64,000 bases of DNA. Source: Eledone cirrhosa (Eukaryota). Shown in pieces: positions 43,694 to 57,030 of the stretch (position 1 is its first letter; every line of letters begins with the position of its first letter). A program made the translations under genes and the position numbers. The notes beneath the pieces are model-generated. The model made no database searches and was not told the DNA's origin. It saw only the letters and a list, made by a program, of their open reading frames with translations. The DNA lies in the NCBI GenBank assembly GCA_964016885.1, contig OZ024744.1:75454001-75518000 (forward strand), given 5' to 3'.

Positions 43694-45269
43694 TAAACGC
43701 AGAAGTGGATATTTCAAAAAGCGTTGCAACCGGAGGAAGACAGGAAGACGATACTTTGGTTCGTGGAAACGTTCGCTGGCAGAGAACGGGAAAAAACGAA
43801 TATAATACGTCATTAATTGGAGCGGTGAAAAACAATTACGCGCAAAGACAGAACCACGTTTATGGTATAAACGAGGTCGTAGACTAATATTCTCTTAGGT
43901 GGTTCATAGAGACGTTCACTGGCAATGAACGGAAATAACGAAGATAATACGTCATATGTGGAGCGTGGAGAACAATTGCACGCAAAGACAAAACCACGTA
44001 AATGGTATAGCAGAAGTCGTAGACTAAATTCTAACTAGGAAACCGAATAAATCTTCGCTAATAAATACAATACAGAAGAAATAGAAATAAATAAATACAT
44101 ACACGCAAACAAATACGTACATACACAAGCATACGCAAAACACTTACCATAGGTATACAAAACCACGCACATATAAATATGTGTGTGTGTGTATGCGTGT
44201 ATACAAATAAATAAATAATTATATAAACGTATATAAATAAATAAATACGTATATAACAAGCGCACACACATACCTATATGTAAATACACAAATGTTTGGA
44301 GACTTACGTCAACCAAAACACGAAGTACACATATACATACACCTACATACGTACGACACCCGCATACTCACACAGACGCAAAACTCCCGTATACACAAAG
44401 CCAAACCATATGTACCAGAATATATGAAATTATACGCCATAACATAAACAATCAAATATACGTACGAGAAGGTATACGTACCTTCACAAAACATACGGGT
44501 AATATATACTTACCTATGCAAATAAGTAATGGTATAAACAAAACATATACTTAGCTCCCACATCAAGACGTAAAATATCCACGTATAGATCGTACTATCC
44601 GTTAGGGTATAACGTGGGGCTGTAATACAGGAAAGTTTTGTGCAATTTATGTTTACAAGCCGAAATTGCCTCAGATTTTTTGTTTAAGATGTGGTCTGTG
44701 GCGTAGAGTATTTCCAGGGCCTCAGCGGCGCAGAGGTCACATGGTCTTTTATTTTCGTTATACGATCTAGCCCTAGCTAGGATCTCCCAGTGTAACTTAT
44801 ATTGGGTGTGGTTGTCTTTTAGACTCCAGATATAAGCTGAAAGTGACGTCATATTCCTTCTTAGAGGGTAACGAAAAGAATGGGTATGCATGTAAAGACG
44901 CTGCTTGAATCTATTGGCGGTTAACCCTATGTAGGCCCTACGGGACGTGGGTGTTACAACCTTACGTGATTTTGTCTTTGCGTGCTATTGTTCTCCACGC
45001 TCCACATATGACGTATTATCTTCGTTTTTTTCGTTCATTGCCAGAGAACGTCTCTATGAACCACCTAAGAGAACATTAGTCTACGACCTCTTTTATACCA
45101 TAAACGTGGTTCTATCTTTGCGCGTAATTGTTTTTCACCGCTCCTATTAATGGCGTATTATATTCGTTTTTTCCCGTTCTTTGCCAGCGAACGTTACCAC
45201 GAACCAAAGTATCGTCTTCCTGTCTTCCTCCGGTTGCAACGTTTTTTGAAATATCCACTTCTGCGTTTA

Positions 45270-45343
45270 CAGATTGACTTTGTTAGTTTCAGAAGATCCC
45301 GTTAAGGGTGAAAGCAGCGATTCTTTGCTTAAACTTTAATCTG
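45270..45343 (+). ncRNA. Variant type I hammerhead ribozyme in PLE pLTR
   Basis: cagattga ctttgtt agttt CAGAAGA t ccc gttaa ggg t GAAA gca gcgattctt tgc TT aaact ttaatctg. Confidence 0.72.
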
Positions 45344-45351
45344 TTATTTTA

Positions 45352-45484
<133 letters not shown>

Positions 45485-45741
45485 ATTATATATAATGTGT
45501 GTGTGTTTGTGTATATATACATATTTCGGTTCGATTTTCCTTCAGTTGTTTACTTGTCTCACTCGCTTTACGCGTTTCACTTGTCCCAATAGCTTATTTT
45601 AGTTATTGCTCGCACCAACCTGAGGTATCTGATTTTTAACGCGATGAAATACCAATGATGGTTGGCAAATCACTGATGAGGGACTAATTTTATAATATGT
45701 AATCCATGTGCAACCACGCAGTATCCTTCTCCCCTTGTTTT

Positions 45742-45792
<51 letters not shown>

Positions 45793-45835
45793 TATATAAT
45801 ATAATGTGTGTGTGTTTGTGTCTATATATATATAT

Positions 45836-46520
45836 AAATGGAATAGAATGAAACTAAATTTCATTTCTAACTCTTAGTAAGGCAGTTACTTAAATGTAAG
45901 TATGCATGTATGTATACGTACATACATATATGTATACAGACATACAGTAGTATGTATATATATACATACATGCACACATATATATATGCACGTATCAGTT
46001 TACCGAACATCTATTATAATGCTCGGTTTGTTTGTAAACAAACAAACAGCCCGAATTACGCCGTACAGTGTTTAGGCAACCACGTCACCTATTTGTTCAA
46101 CACTGACACAGGAACGATGTACTATTTTCAAGCTTGTTAGCTATCGTCAGCATCGTATTCCTTCCTGCCAGATGGTTGAACTTCTGAAAGTATATACTTT
46201 CCTTATGCATATTAACGGCTGAGCAGCCTAATTTGCATATCGAGTGAGTTTAGTCGGCCGGGCACACCGAAAACGATTTAATAAGCTTGAAACTAGTACA
46301 TCGTTCCTGTGTCAGTGTTGAACAAAAAGGTGACGTGGTTGCCTAAACACTCTACGGCGTAATTCGGGCTGTTTGTTTGTTTACAAACAAACCGAGCATT
46401 ATAATAAATGCTCGGTAAACCGATACGTGCATATATATATGTGTGCATGTATGTATATATATACATACTACTGTACGTCTGTATACATATATGTATGTAC
46501 GTATACATACATGCATACTT

Positions 46521-46522
<2 letters not shown>
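45836..46522. repeat. Interspersed repeat with an internal inversion-duplication (~240-bp inverted arms)
   Basis: 45895-46135 versus 46283-46522; unrearranged copy at 51848-52236. Confidence 0.85.
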
Positions 46523-46612
<90 letters not shown>

Positions 46613-47329
46613 AGTAGTTTCAATGGATGAAGGAAGAAAAGCGCTCTGTATTTTAGCAACAGAACTGAAGAAATATTAATGTCTGCTCAACACAGTCAAT
46701 CGTTACCTTAGGCTCCTGTTTTAGCCATAAAGATTTTTTATGATGTACTAAGTATGCTTTTCATAAGGTGAGTAGATAAAATGGCTAATGGAAAAAACAA
46801 CGGGAAGTCGGATAGTCCAATATCGTCAGTCAACTTCTGGAAATCACTACGGTTACGGAGCATTAAGGTGTTAAAATGTGTTCGTGTATATGTCATGTAT
46901 CTGTATGTACATGTGTCTATATTTACTATTATTTTTGGTTTGCCATATTGAAAACATACAACTTTTTAAGTGTGTGAGACTGACATAATGTATTAAGGTG
47001 GGTATATATTGGCTGAGTCTTCATGTTGGAAGTCACGGCCTGTATTTTTCCATGCTGATAGAATATGGCGGATTAGGTGCGGGTAACCACTAAATACCTC
47101 ATTCTTAGTGTTCAGGTATTTATTGGTGTATTTCAAACATTGTATTATCCGTCATTTCTCGTTTAAATGAACACATCTTAGTTCTTTGATGCTCGGTTCT
47201 TGACTCATCTAGGATACATCATTTAATCCTGTAGCTATCCTCTTATCTTTTAGCTTTTTGACTTTCTTTTCCAGTGCCATGTCTGTCTTTTTTGCGGGAG
47301 ACTGAAGGATAAGATACGACGGTCGGCTA

Positions 47330-47760
47330 ATTATATAGGAGTGATGGTAGAGCTGTGAAATCTTACATGCATCAATTTCAACTCTTATTATTATTAACTG
47401 CATTATTTCCAGGTAAACTGACATCTGACTATTCAAAGTAACTAGAAGCGACTTTTCTTGAAAATGGACAACATTTGGTATCCTGGTCTGCAGAAAAAAG
47501 GTTTAGCCTCCACGGATATTCATGCTGACATAAATGTGAGTCGTACCTTTGTTTAAAACGGTCTGGTGTTATACACACATATCGCTCGCAGCTTTCTTTG
47601 GTTGGTTGTATCTGGTGTAATGGTGGCGTCATACACTGTTGACTTGACATTACATCTCTGTTGAAGTCGAATATAACACAAGAACAAACCTGAAGAAAAC
47701 CTTGGATGTTCGAGCAGGGTAAAGGAAAATAACCCATTTCAACAGAGATGCAATGTCAAG
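47330..47760 (-). pseudogene. Old degraded PLE GIY-YIG remnant
   Basis: Minus-strand translation ERYVCITPDRFKQRYDSH resembles RAYIGLTANSFKQRLYMH. Confidence 0.45.
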
Positions 47761-49782
47761 TTGTAGAGATAAAACATAGCCTTAACTATAGTGGCTAAAA
47801 CACACTAAATAGCTATTTCGAGAATAATACCAAAACGTATTTTATTGTGATGTAACTGTTCTACTGATATTTATTCAGAAAAACAGTAACACAGATTTGT
47901 TGGTGTGAGGGCGTAGGAAAACAGACGGACAAAGAGATTTTAGTAAACAGTTTTCATGAAAAAATGTTCAAAGTAAATGAAAGAAGCCTTTGTAGTAATA
48001 ATGGCGTATCAAAGACTGACGGTTGTTAGTGATGGCTATATTTTGGTTTTGTTTTCATTTCGGTAAATTATTCAGTACACTTTGACGTCATTAACGTGAA
48101 AACGGTGCAAATGGTGAAATGATAGCGAAATGATGGCAATGAGAAGCTCTCACGAATGTTATGACAGGGATTTGATATTTCATAAGTACTAAAATTATCA
48201 GCCAAATTAATCTCTTCAAAATAATTTCAATTTGTTTAGTATTGATTATTCAACAAGAATAATAATCGTAATATAGCTCGGTTAAGTACTCAAATAAGCC
48301 CTTACCTATCGTATGATTCGCAGTTTTTTTCTTCTTTTGAATGAATTTATATACATAATATATCTAAACGTATCGAACTTTCTGGAACATAATTGTCAAA
48401 AATTGTCTAAGCTACTCGGGTAACATTGACTTGTTTATTTTACCAGCTTCTCTCCATTAGATAACATTTCTACGATTTATTGATACGATAATTACTTAAT
48501 GTTATTTGCTAACGCAATCAAATAATTTATTGGACTAACCTATAAAAGTATCGATTGCATTGTTGAATAACAGTATGAGAATAGAACGCGAATATATTCT
48601 GGAATACATTGTGGGATTGATAGTGTATTAATTGTTTTTGAAACAAGACAATCAGAAAATAGTTGGGGCTGCCTTAAATATATGTTTACGACTTAGAATT
48701 TAATGGTTTATTCAATTTAAAACGAACCCAAGTTTTTGATTAGGCCAAATACAAACATTTTCAAATGTCATATACATTACTGTTGAGGATCTTACACACT
48801 TCCATGAATTGCATGCACTCTAAATGGTATTGATTGATGTAGAATGTCAGGTTGTTAGTAGAACAAAATACTGGCGTTAAATTAATGAGTATCAAAGATC
48901 TAATCCCTCTAGAGTTATTGCTGATTTTAAATATAAGGAGACTAAAACTACCTAAAAATAACTATTTTCGAATACATATACAAAGTGCCCTCCAAAAACG
49001 TATACACACTTATCAACAGCAGATAACACAAATCCGCTTTTTAACTTTTTACCCAACAGAATTGATAATGACTTCAAGAATTAGCTACGAACGAACGAAA
49101 TATTGAATAATGTATGTCGATCATTTTTATTTTGGGGAAAGGCTGTGCATTCTAATCGAAATGTGTATACATTTTTGGAGACATCCTTTTATAATATATA
49201 TATATATATTCACTTACTTTTCACAGCTATTATAGAGGCTCTAAACGAATACTTAGTCATCACTTAATCTGTGCACTCTGTTTGGTAACATCGATACAGC
49301 CTATATACATATAGGCTGTATCGATGGTAAAATCTGAAACCAAACCAATCAACGAAACACTTAACAAATACATTTCTAAGATACAGACTGATTAAAAAAA
49401 ATGAATTGCACCTCCACATGATATTTATCAATCAAAGCTTCGCCATGGTGTAAAAAACAATATTAGTAACAGTCATAGACTGTAAACTTTTTTAATGAGA
49501 ATATAAGAGAATATTCTTAATAAACTAGACACGTTCTGGGTCATAGATTAAATAACGTTTCCCAGTTTAACATCCCCAACTAGCCGTTGATGCTTTGAGT
49601 GGGATCCACGCTGATGTCAATTTTCTTATCAGGTCCCCAGCGTAGTAATGGGCATTGCCCTTTCTCCTCTGACATGAACAAATAAATGACTATAAAACAA
49701 TTTGTACTGGGTAATTGCTGGCCTGTGCCAAAAGTAGAAACAATTATTTTTTCATTGTCTAATTTTTTCATTGTCTAATTCT

Positions 49783-50427
49783 AATTAATATTGAATGCTT
49801 ATGACAAAAAGGAAACCATGAAAATTGTGATTTCATTTTTAATGCCATCCTTATCACGTGACATGTCAAACTCCACCTACCATGATGTAATTATGTATTA
49901 GGTGTATGCGTACTGTTATATTTTGGGAGGGTCATGCTGTTCTATTATTGACAGAAAATATATAGTAAAACACACTCACTGTTGGGTTTGGTTTTCGCTT
50001 CAGTATATTTTTATATTTCCATAAATAATTCAGCTGTCAATCAATGTTTATCATTGATTAACCAACAATTAAAAATATAGATAGAAATATAGTTTTACAG
50101 AATTCTTTCGTCACACATATCTGTGACATCATCAGTATATTTTTAACTGTTGGTTAATCAATGATAAACATTGATTGCCAGCTAGATTATTTATAGAAAC
50201 ATAAAAATGTACTGAAGCGAAAACCAAACTTAACAGTGTGTTTTATTATATTTTTCTGGCAATATTAGGGCAACACGACCCTCCCCAAATATAACAGTAC
50301 ACATACACCTAATACATAATTATATCATGGTAGGTGGAGTTTGACATGTCACGTGATAAAGACGGCGTTAAAAATGAAATCACAATTTTCATGGTTTACT
50401 TTTTGTCATAAACATTCAATATAAATT
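49783..50427. repeat. Long inverted repeat (foldback), ~295-bp arms, ~56-bp spacer
   Basis: 49783-50079 reverse-complements 50136-50427; partial third copy at 50430-50510. Confidence 0.85.
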
Positions 50428-50620
50428 AATTGATTACCACCTAGATTATTTATAGATATATAAAAATATGTTGAAGTGAAAACAAACCAAACAGTGAGTG
50501 TGTTTTACAGTGTGGGTACTGTTACGTTAAATATGTGTTTTATTTTCCCTAAGTATTTCAACTAAGGCAAGAAGCTTGGTCTATGTGTGATGCCCATGTT
50601 TTTCCAAAGTACCTTCGAAT

Positions 50621-51365
50621 GAATATCTGTGGTATTTTTTTTTTCAATATAAAAATAAAAAAAGAAAGGGAAACAAAAGGAGAGAAAGAAAGAAGAAAAA
50701 TATTAGGAAGGGGTGAAGGGGGATGGTGATTTGGCTTTGGGCCTAGGGCAAGAGGGCAGAAATGCTGTGCCACGCTGACAAGATAGTGAAAGCATTCCCG
50801 CGGAGGGTGGCCAGTGACTCCCGTTGCAACAGCCACCCAACCTCACGGAGCTCCCTCCTTAGACGGGACGCCAACGCTCCGATCTTGCGGAGGATCTCGG
50901 CAGTACGGGGTCCAAGTCCGCCTCAGGTCTCGACGGTACCGGTTCGAAGAGGAAGCGACCGAACAAACCCCGGTATTTGTTTATTTTACGTTCTTCTGCA
51001 AGGCGGGCTGCGATGCCAAGGTTTGTGGCCGAAGCGACTAAGTTGTACGCAGAGAACGTGTCACAGCAGGTGGCGTCCCAGATGAAGGATCTACCTCCTT
51101 CGAATGGGAAGAGGGTGATTCCATCGGGGCGCTTGCCATCTCCAAGGTCTAGGACTGCTGGCTCCAGTTGAGATGGAAAGCCAGCTGCGTCCAAGATTCT
51201 TCTCAAAATGTCGTTGAGTGCAACGTGTCGGGGGAACTGACCTGTGCTCTGGCGGCAAGACAGTGGGTGCAGACCGAACTTGTCAACAACTGCCCCACAG
51301 CGGCATTTATGTGGCTCACACACGCGGAGGCCAAGGCCTTGGGCTACTCCTATGCGCGTGCACTT
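50621..51365 (-). mobile_element. CRE-like RLE 3' fragment flanked by a ~61-bp direct repeat
   Basis: CEPHKCRCG..HPLSC..RHVALND..DGKRPDG..WDATCCDT; 50560-50620 is repeated at 51366-51426. Confidence 0.82.
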
Positions 51366-51535
51366 AACTAAGGCAAGAAATTCGGTCTATGTGAGATGCC
51401 CATGTTTTTTCAAAGAACCTTCTAATTGTAAGTAAAACGATGATATTTTCTATGGTCATGGAAGGCAGCACAAGGATTCGCTTCGGTGACTATTTACTGC
51501 TGAACGAATATTACACAGTGATATCGTATACAATT

Positions 51536-51580
<45 letters not shown>

Positions 51581-51799
51581 AAAGAAGATAGAAATTTGAA
51601 CAGTTTTTATTTTTGATTATCAAAGAAACGTTTTCCTTTTCAAATGTAAAACCTTTTCAAAGTTCTTTATATTGGGTAAAAAAAAAACATCCTTTTCCCC
51701 AACACTGCCTTATATGTATATTTCCATTGCAGTGTACCGCTTTTCTGAAGGTCTCAAGTATTACATAACTCACAATGCTTCGTATTAACTATACTGCTT

Positions 51800-51847
<48 letters not shown>

Positions 51848-51852
<5 letters not shown>

Positions 51853-52236
51853 GGAAAAAATGAAACGATATTTCATTTCCCACTCTTAGTACGGCCGATT
51901 AACCCACTCGATATGCAAATTGGGCTACTCAGCCGTTAATATGCTTAAGGTAAGTATATACGTTCAACAATCTGGCAGGAAGCTATAAGTTGCTGACGAT
52001 AGCTAACAAGCTTGAAACTAGTACAGCGTTCCTTTGTCAGTGTTGAACAAACGAGCAACGGTGGTTGCTAGACACTACGGCTTAATACGGGATGTTTGTT
52101 TACAAACACACCAAGCATTATAATAAATGTTCGGTGAATCCATACGTGCATATATATATGTGTGCATGTATGTATATGTATATATACATACTACTGTACG
52201 TCGGTATACATATATGTATGTACGTGTACATACTTA
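51848..52236. repeat. Colinear copy of the 45836-46522 repeat family, embedded in (TA)n
   Basis: Head matches 45836-45882, middle matches the reverse complement of 46130-46258, tail matches 46283-46520. Confidence 0.8.
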
Positions 52237-52301
<65 letters not shown>

Positions 52302-52506
52302 CCAAATAAAGATATATATGTATATAGAGAAAGAAAGAGTCATATATCACACAAGAAACATGGTCGTGTGATATGTGGCTCTTTCTCTCTCTGTATATAC
52401 ATATATCTCTTTATTTGGTTATTATGGCTCTAGATAAAGTCTATTGAGCTTGCATTTTGAGAAATACATACAAAATTCTAAACATTTGATGTTTTGATTC
52501 ATTATT

Positions 52507-52544
<38 letters not shown>

Positions 52545-52848
52545 ACAGCTGGTGATATGCATGTAAGTAAATATTCTCCTTATCTGATATGTTGTAACTA
52601 ACCTTCCATAGATCGATAACGAATTATAGCTATGATGTATTATCATCACCTAGAAACGATCGTAAAGCAGTGAAGTATATATCTAATGACTTGATTTTTT
52701 ATTTCAATGTTTTAACTTATATCATGACTCTGTTTTCCTATTAATGTTTTATTGTTTTCCGGGATTTACTTTTACCTACAACATTTTCAACATATGGATT
52801 ACATTGAGTTCTTCATGCAGACTAGACCCCCACAACTTACCGTGGACA

Positions 52849-52941
<93 letters not shown>

Positions 52942-52979
52942 CGAGCTGAGGATCCGCTAAGGTGGAACAATTGTTCTCG
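52942..52979 (+). ncRNA. Minimal hammerhead-like motif of another repeat family
   Basis: cgag CTGAGGA t cc gctaa gg t GGAA caattg TT ctcg; stem I cgag/ctcg; palindromic stem III caattg. Confidence 0.55.
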
Positions 52980-53074
52980 ATATGGTGAACTAACTGTTGT
53001 GTAAACACTTCTACCTAACTTGTCCCATGGACTGAGTGCTCTACTACTACGGGTATTAACTTCCAGTGTTCTAC

Positions 53075-53165
<91 letters not shown>

Positions 53166-53899
53166 ACTAACCATAGAATGAACCAAATCCTACGAACACA
53201 CGATATCATAATGAGCAAAAGACAATCTAAGTCAATGAAAAACATCCTAACACATGCCAAAGTACTGCCAACCACAACAACGAAACCCACAGTAAAAAAA
53301 ATGTGATAGACCCAACTGTGGCATTTGCATCAACCTAATAGAGGGTTCGGAATTCTATTTCAAAGAAGAACAAAGTTTTATAGTAAAACACAATTTCACA
53401 TGCGCATCAGAAAATCTAATATATGTATTAACTTGCTCAGGTTGTCGAGAACAATAGATAGGCCAGACCAAAAACAGCCTCCGCCAACGCATGACTGTCC
53501 ATATATCCCAAATTAAAATACGGGAATACAGGAAAATACCACTAAGTGAACACATTGATACCTGTGCCGCCCCAAATCATCCCAACTTCAGAATCTTTCA
53601 CCTCTACAAATTTAAAGATAATGCCACCCACACCCAGTGCATCAGCAAGGAATCTTACTTTATTAACAAATACGGACCCCTTCTAAACACTTCTCCCTAA
53701 GACGAACCCACAACATACACACGTCAACATACATACCTACATCAGCATACATCTCTACCCACATATAAACACAATGACACGTAAACACACATGTTCTATG
53801 GTGCAACACAAATATACACAAATTTGCATACCTTTTGATGTCTATAGATATAAACGTGCCGACACACATACATAAACGCACACATGCATTGCACACTGA

Positions 53900-54180
53900 T
53901 GGGCACATACATATTTGTGCACAGGTATTCCAATATGGCAAGGCCTAATGAATTCCCGTTGCAGTACGTACAATCTGGAGACACTCCAGATACATATTTG
54001 TGCCAGGTATACTATTTCTGGACACACTCCAGATACATGTGTACAATTTGTGCACAGGTATACAATTTGTGCACAGGTATACTATTTCTGGACACACTCC
54101 AGATACATATTTGTGCACAGGTATTCAAATACGGCAAGGCCTAATGGATCCCCCTTGCAGTACGTACAATCTGGACACAC
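53900..54180. repeat. Short composite tandem repeat in the PLE 3' region
   Basis: Modules tttgtgcacaggtat, ctggacacactccagatacat and ggcaaggcctaatg..ttgcagtacgtacaatctgga recur. Confidence 0.8.
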
Positions 54181-54541
54181 TCACACACACCTTGGTATTA
54201 TGCCAATACTATATATCATTTCACACCTTTTATTATTAAGGTTTTTGATGTTCTATTCAGAGAATCGATTTTACTGAAAATATCGAATAATGTACATCAT
54301 TTTACCAGAAATAAATACTGGTCCACCCACACACACACACATTCTCTCTCACACACACACACACACACATACACACACACACATACACACGCGTACATTA
54401 ACATACAAAGAGACATATATACACACACACACTTCTCCGTATAAGACAAGAGCTGAAAAATATCTTTTAACATGTTAAAATATCCCCCACACACTTACAG
54501 ACACATTCCTACTGACAATCCCTCTACCACGAATTACTCTG

Positions 54542-54606
<65 letters not shown>

Positions 54607-55599
54607 TCTTAATAGGCATTTGAACTGTCAACAGGCTGCGGTTCGCACACACACATCCCTGCCGACCATTATCACAACAACGAACCTCTTTACTACTACT
54701 ATACACACACACACACAAATTTGTTGTGATAGACTTATTTCTCAGTCAGCCGACACAAACCTACATTTGGCGCAAAATCAATTTTTTACATTCACATGAC
54801 CTCTACCGCCCAATCAAAATTGTTTTGACCACAAGAATTTTTGCAACACGAATTGGCGCAAAACGTATTTTAATACCGCTGGAGCCACTTTTTTAACATA
54901 AAAATAGGTAGAATTTCTAAAACTAATCAGATCAGAGCAAACATCACGGACGCTCTATCTCAAAATTATTTTTGAAAAGCATTAGAAATGCGCAACCGGT
55001 AAAAATTAAAACCAAAACTGAATACTAACCAATACTATTACTAATTCTCACTTATTCCTAATTAAACTATTTTTCACTGAGAACAATTTGTCAGCATTTT
55101 CTATTCCGTTTACCAAAATATATATATATCTATATATATATATATATATATATATAGCTAACTACCTCTCACGCACACATAGTAGTACTATCGCTCTCGC
55201 CCACCATGTTCTGTTTTGTTGGCACCACCTCCTCCCCTAACTCTCACTCATTGTCCTGCCGTCACCACCCTCTCCTCCCACTCTTCCTTCCAGACTCTCA
55301 TATTTACAGACACACACTCACATCTGTACATACGCACACACCTTACCTTCTACCATCTCCGCCGGACTCTGAATTTCTTGCTTCCCCCACTCTTTCTCTC
55401 CTCCGTTCTCTACCTCCATCCACCCTTATACACACATCACACCCTTGCCATCCCGGGCCGGTGCACCCCTCCCATCCCCTTTATTTTCACTTTTCTTTAA
55501 ATTCTGTTTTTATTTATTCTTATTTTTCCCTCTTTTCGTGTTCTTCCTGTTAACTTCCCTCCTTACTACTCATTACTCCGTCTCGTAGTTCCTTTCAAC

Positions 55600-55635
55600 T
55601 TTCCTGTTGAAGGGCTTATGTCCGAAACGTCGAAA
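55600..55635 (+). ncRNA. Minimal PLE-type hammerhead, probably inactivated
   Basis: tttc CTGTTGA a gggc ttat gtcc GAAA cg TC gaaa; core position A6 is replaced by T. Confidence 0.6.
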
Positions 55636-55729
55636 CCTCCTGCACTCTCACCAAGCGTGAACCTAATACAACTATGTACAATTGATTCCTGCGTTTGTTT
55701 GTCATTTTGAACTCTCTCTATATATATTT

Positions 55730-55830
55730 CTCAGTTTCAGAAGATTCTGTAATAGGGTGAAGGCAGCGATTCTTTGCTTAAATTTTATCTGTACTAATAA
55801 TAAATATTTGCTCTACGGGCTTATATATGT
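55730..55830 (+). mobile_element. Diverged solo fragment of the PLE pLTR end with a decayed hammerhead
   Basis: agtttcagaagattctgtaatagggtgaaggcagcgattctttgcttaaattttatctg..aataaatatttgctcta matches 17361-17445. Confidence 0.7.
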
Positions 55831-56236
55831 TTATATATATATGTGATGTGGTGTGAGTGTCTGTTTATATATATATCTGTATGTATATATTGGTATATAT
55901 AAATATTAATTATTTATGTGTGTGTGTGTGTTTTATGTTGGGTCTATCCCTCCAAAAATTTAATATATTGGGTGTTGTGGTGTGTTCTATGTTTGCAATA
56001 AGCATATGATATTTCTAAACAAGAGAGTCACTGCAGACTGAGTCGATAGTGTATTCGTGGTCAAGTATTAAAGGCTGTTAACTATGTTTCGTGTAGAGGC
56101 TCGGTATCCACAGTAAGAAGTTATATGTACCACGGTTTGCTTTACCTTTGCACTGTTTCACAAACATTTCCTTAACATACAGCGCCGAGTTCAAAAAAGC
56201 CTATATATTAAATTTTTGGAGGGATAGTCCTAACAT

Positions 56237-56335
<99 letters not shown>

Positions 56336-56341
56336 ACACAC

Positions 56342-57030
56342 AAGCGAAACATATAGGACGTACGAACAAAAGCCTCAATCTTCCTCGTCAGTCAGCCCCT
56401 GGACAATGTTATTTATAATTATGGGACTTAAAACATTCTACCCAAACAAGATAAATATGTTTGTTCGTTAGTCGCAAGTGTTTCATTTCTTCCTAAAACA
56501 CCTTCAGAAAATCCTTTTTACAAAGAGCTATAATGAAGAGCATAAAAATGTTACTCCCCTTAAAAGTATCTCGGTAAAATTTTAAGGGCTAAAATGTTAG
56601 TATCTAAAATGTTGATCTTCACTTAAGTATGTTACTAGTTTAATTAAGAATGTGAGAAGGAAACAGATGTGTGAATGCAAATATAATTTTAGTTGCTTCA
56701 AATTAAAAGAAACAAATATTCTAGATAGACAGCACCCTGTAAAGGCTGACATCACCTAACTGACTTCTACTTGAGTCGATTTATAACTGACTCATCTCTG
56801 TCTGAAAAAATTCGGTTATCTTTTATTTCATTTTATTTTTCTACTATATCACTAATGTTTTTTTTCCTCAGTCAGTTCCAAGGATTGTATGATGCTATTT
56901 GTCTAGATTTAAAACAATGTTGGGGGTAGAATGGTTTAAGTCCCATCATTATTTACGAAATAACATTGTCCAGAGGCTGACTGACGAGGAAGATTGAGGC
57001 TTTTGTTCGTATGTCCTATATGTTTCGCTT
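56342..57030. repeat. Inverted repeat, ~105-bp arms, ~470-bp spacer
   Basis: 56342-56448 versus 56918-57030; diverged family copy at 57870-57990. Confidence 0.8.

Larger units (their letters stand above)
53165..55715 (+). mobile_element. Degenerate second-family PLE 3' part (Neptune-like Cys linker + GIY-YIG), long 3' region and terminal minimal hammerhead
   Basis: CDRPNCGIC at ~53302; NLIYVLTCSGCREQ*IGQTKNSLRQRMTVH..PLSEHI..KESYFINKYGPLLN (stop at 53700); hammerhead motif at 55600. That the whole interval is one element is an inference. Confidence 0.7.
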
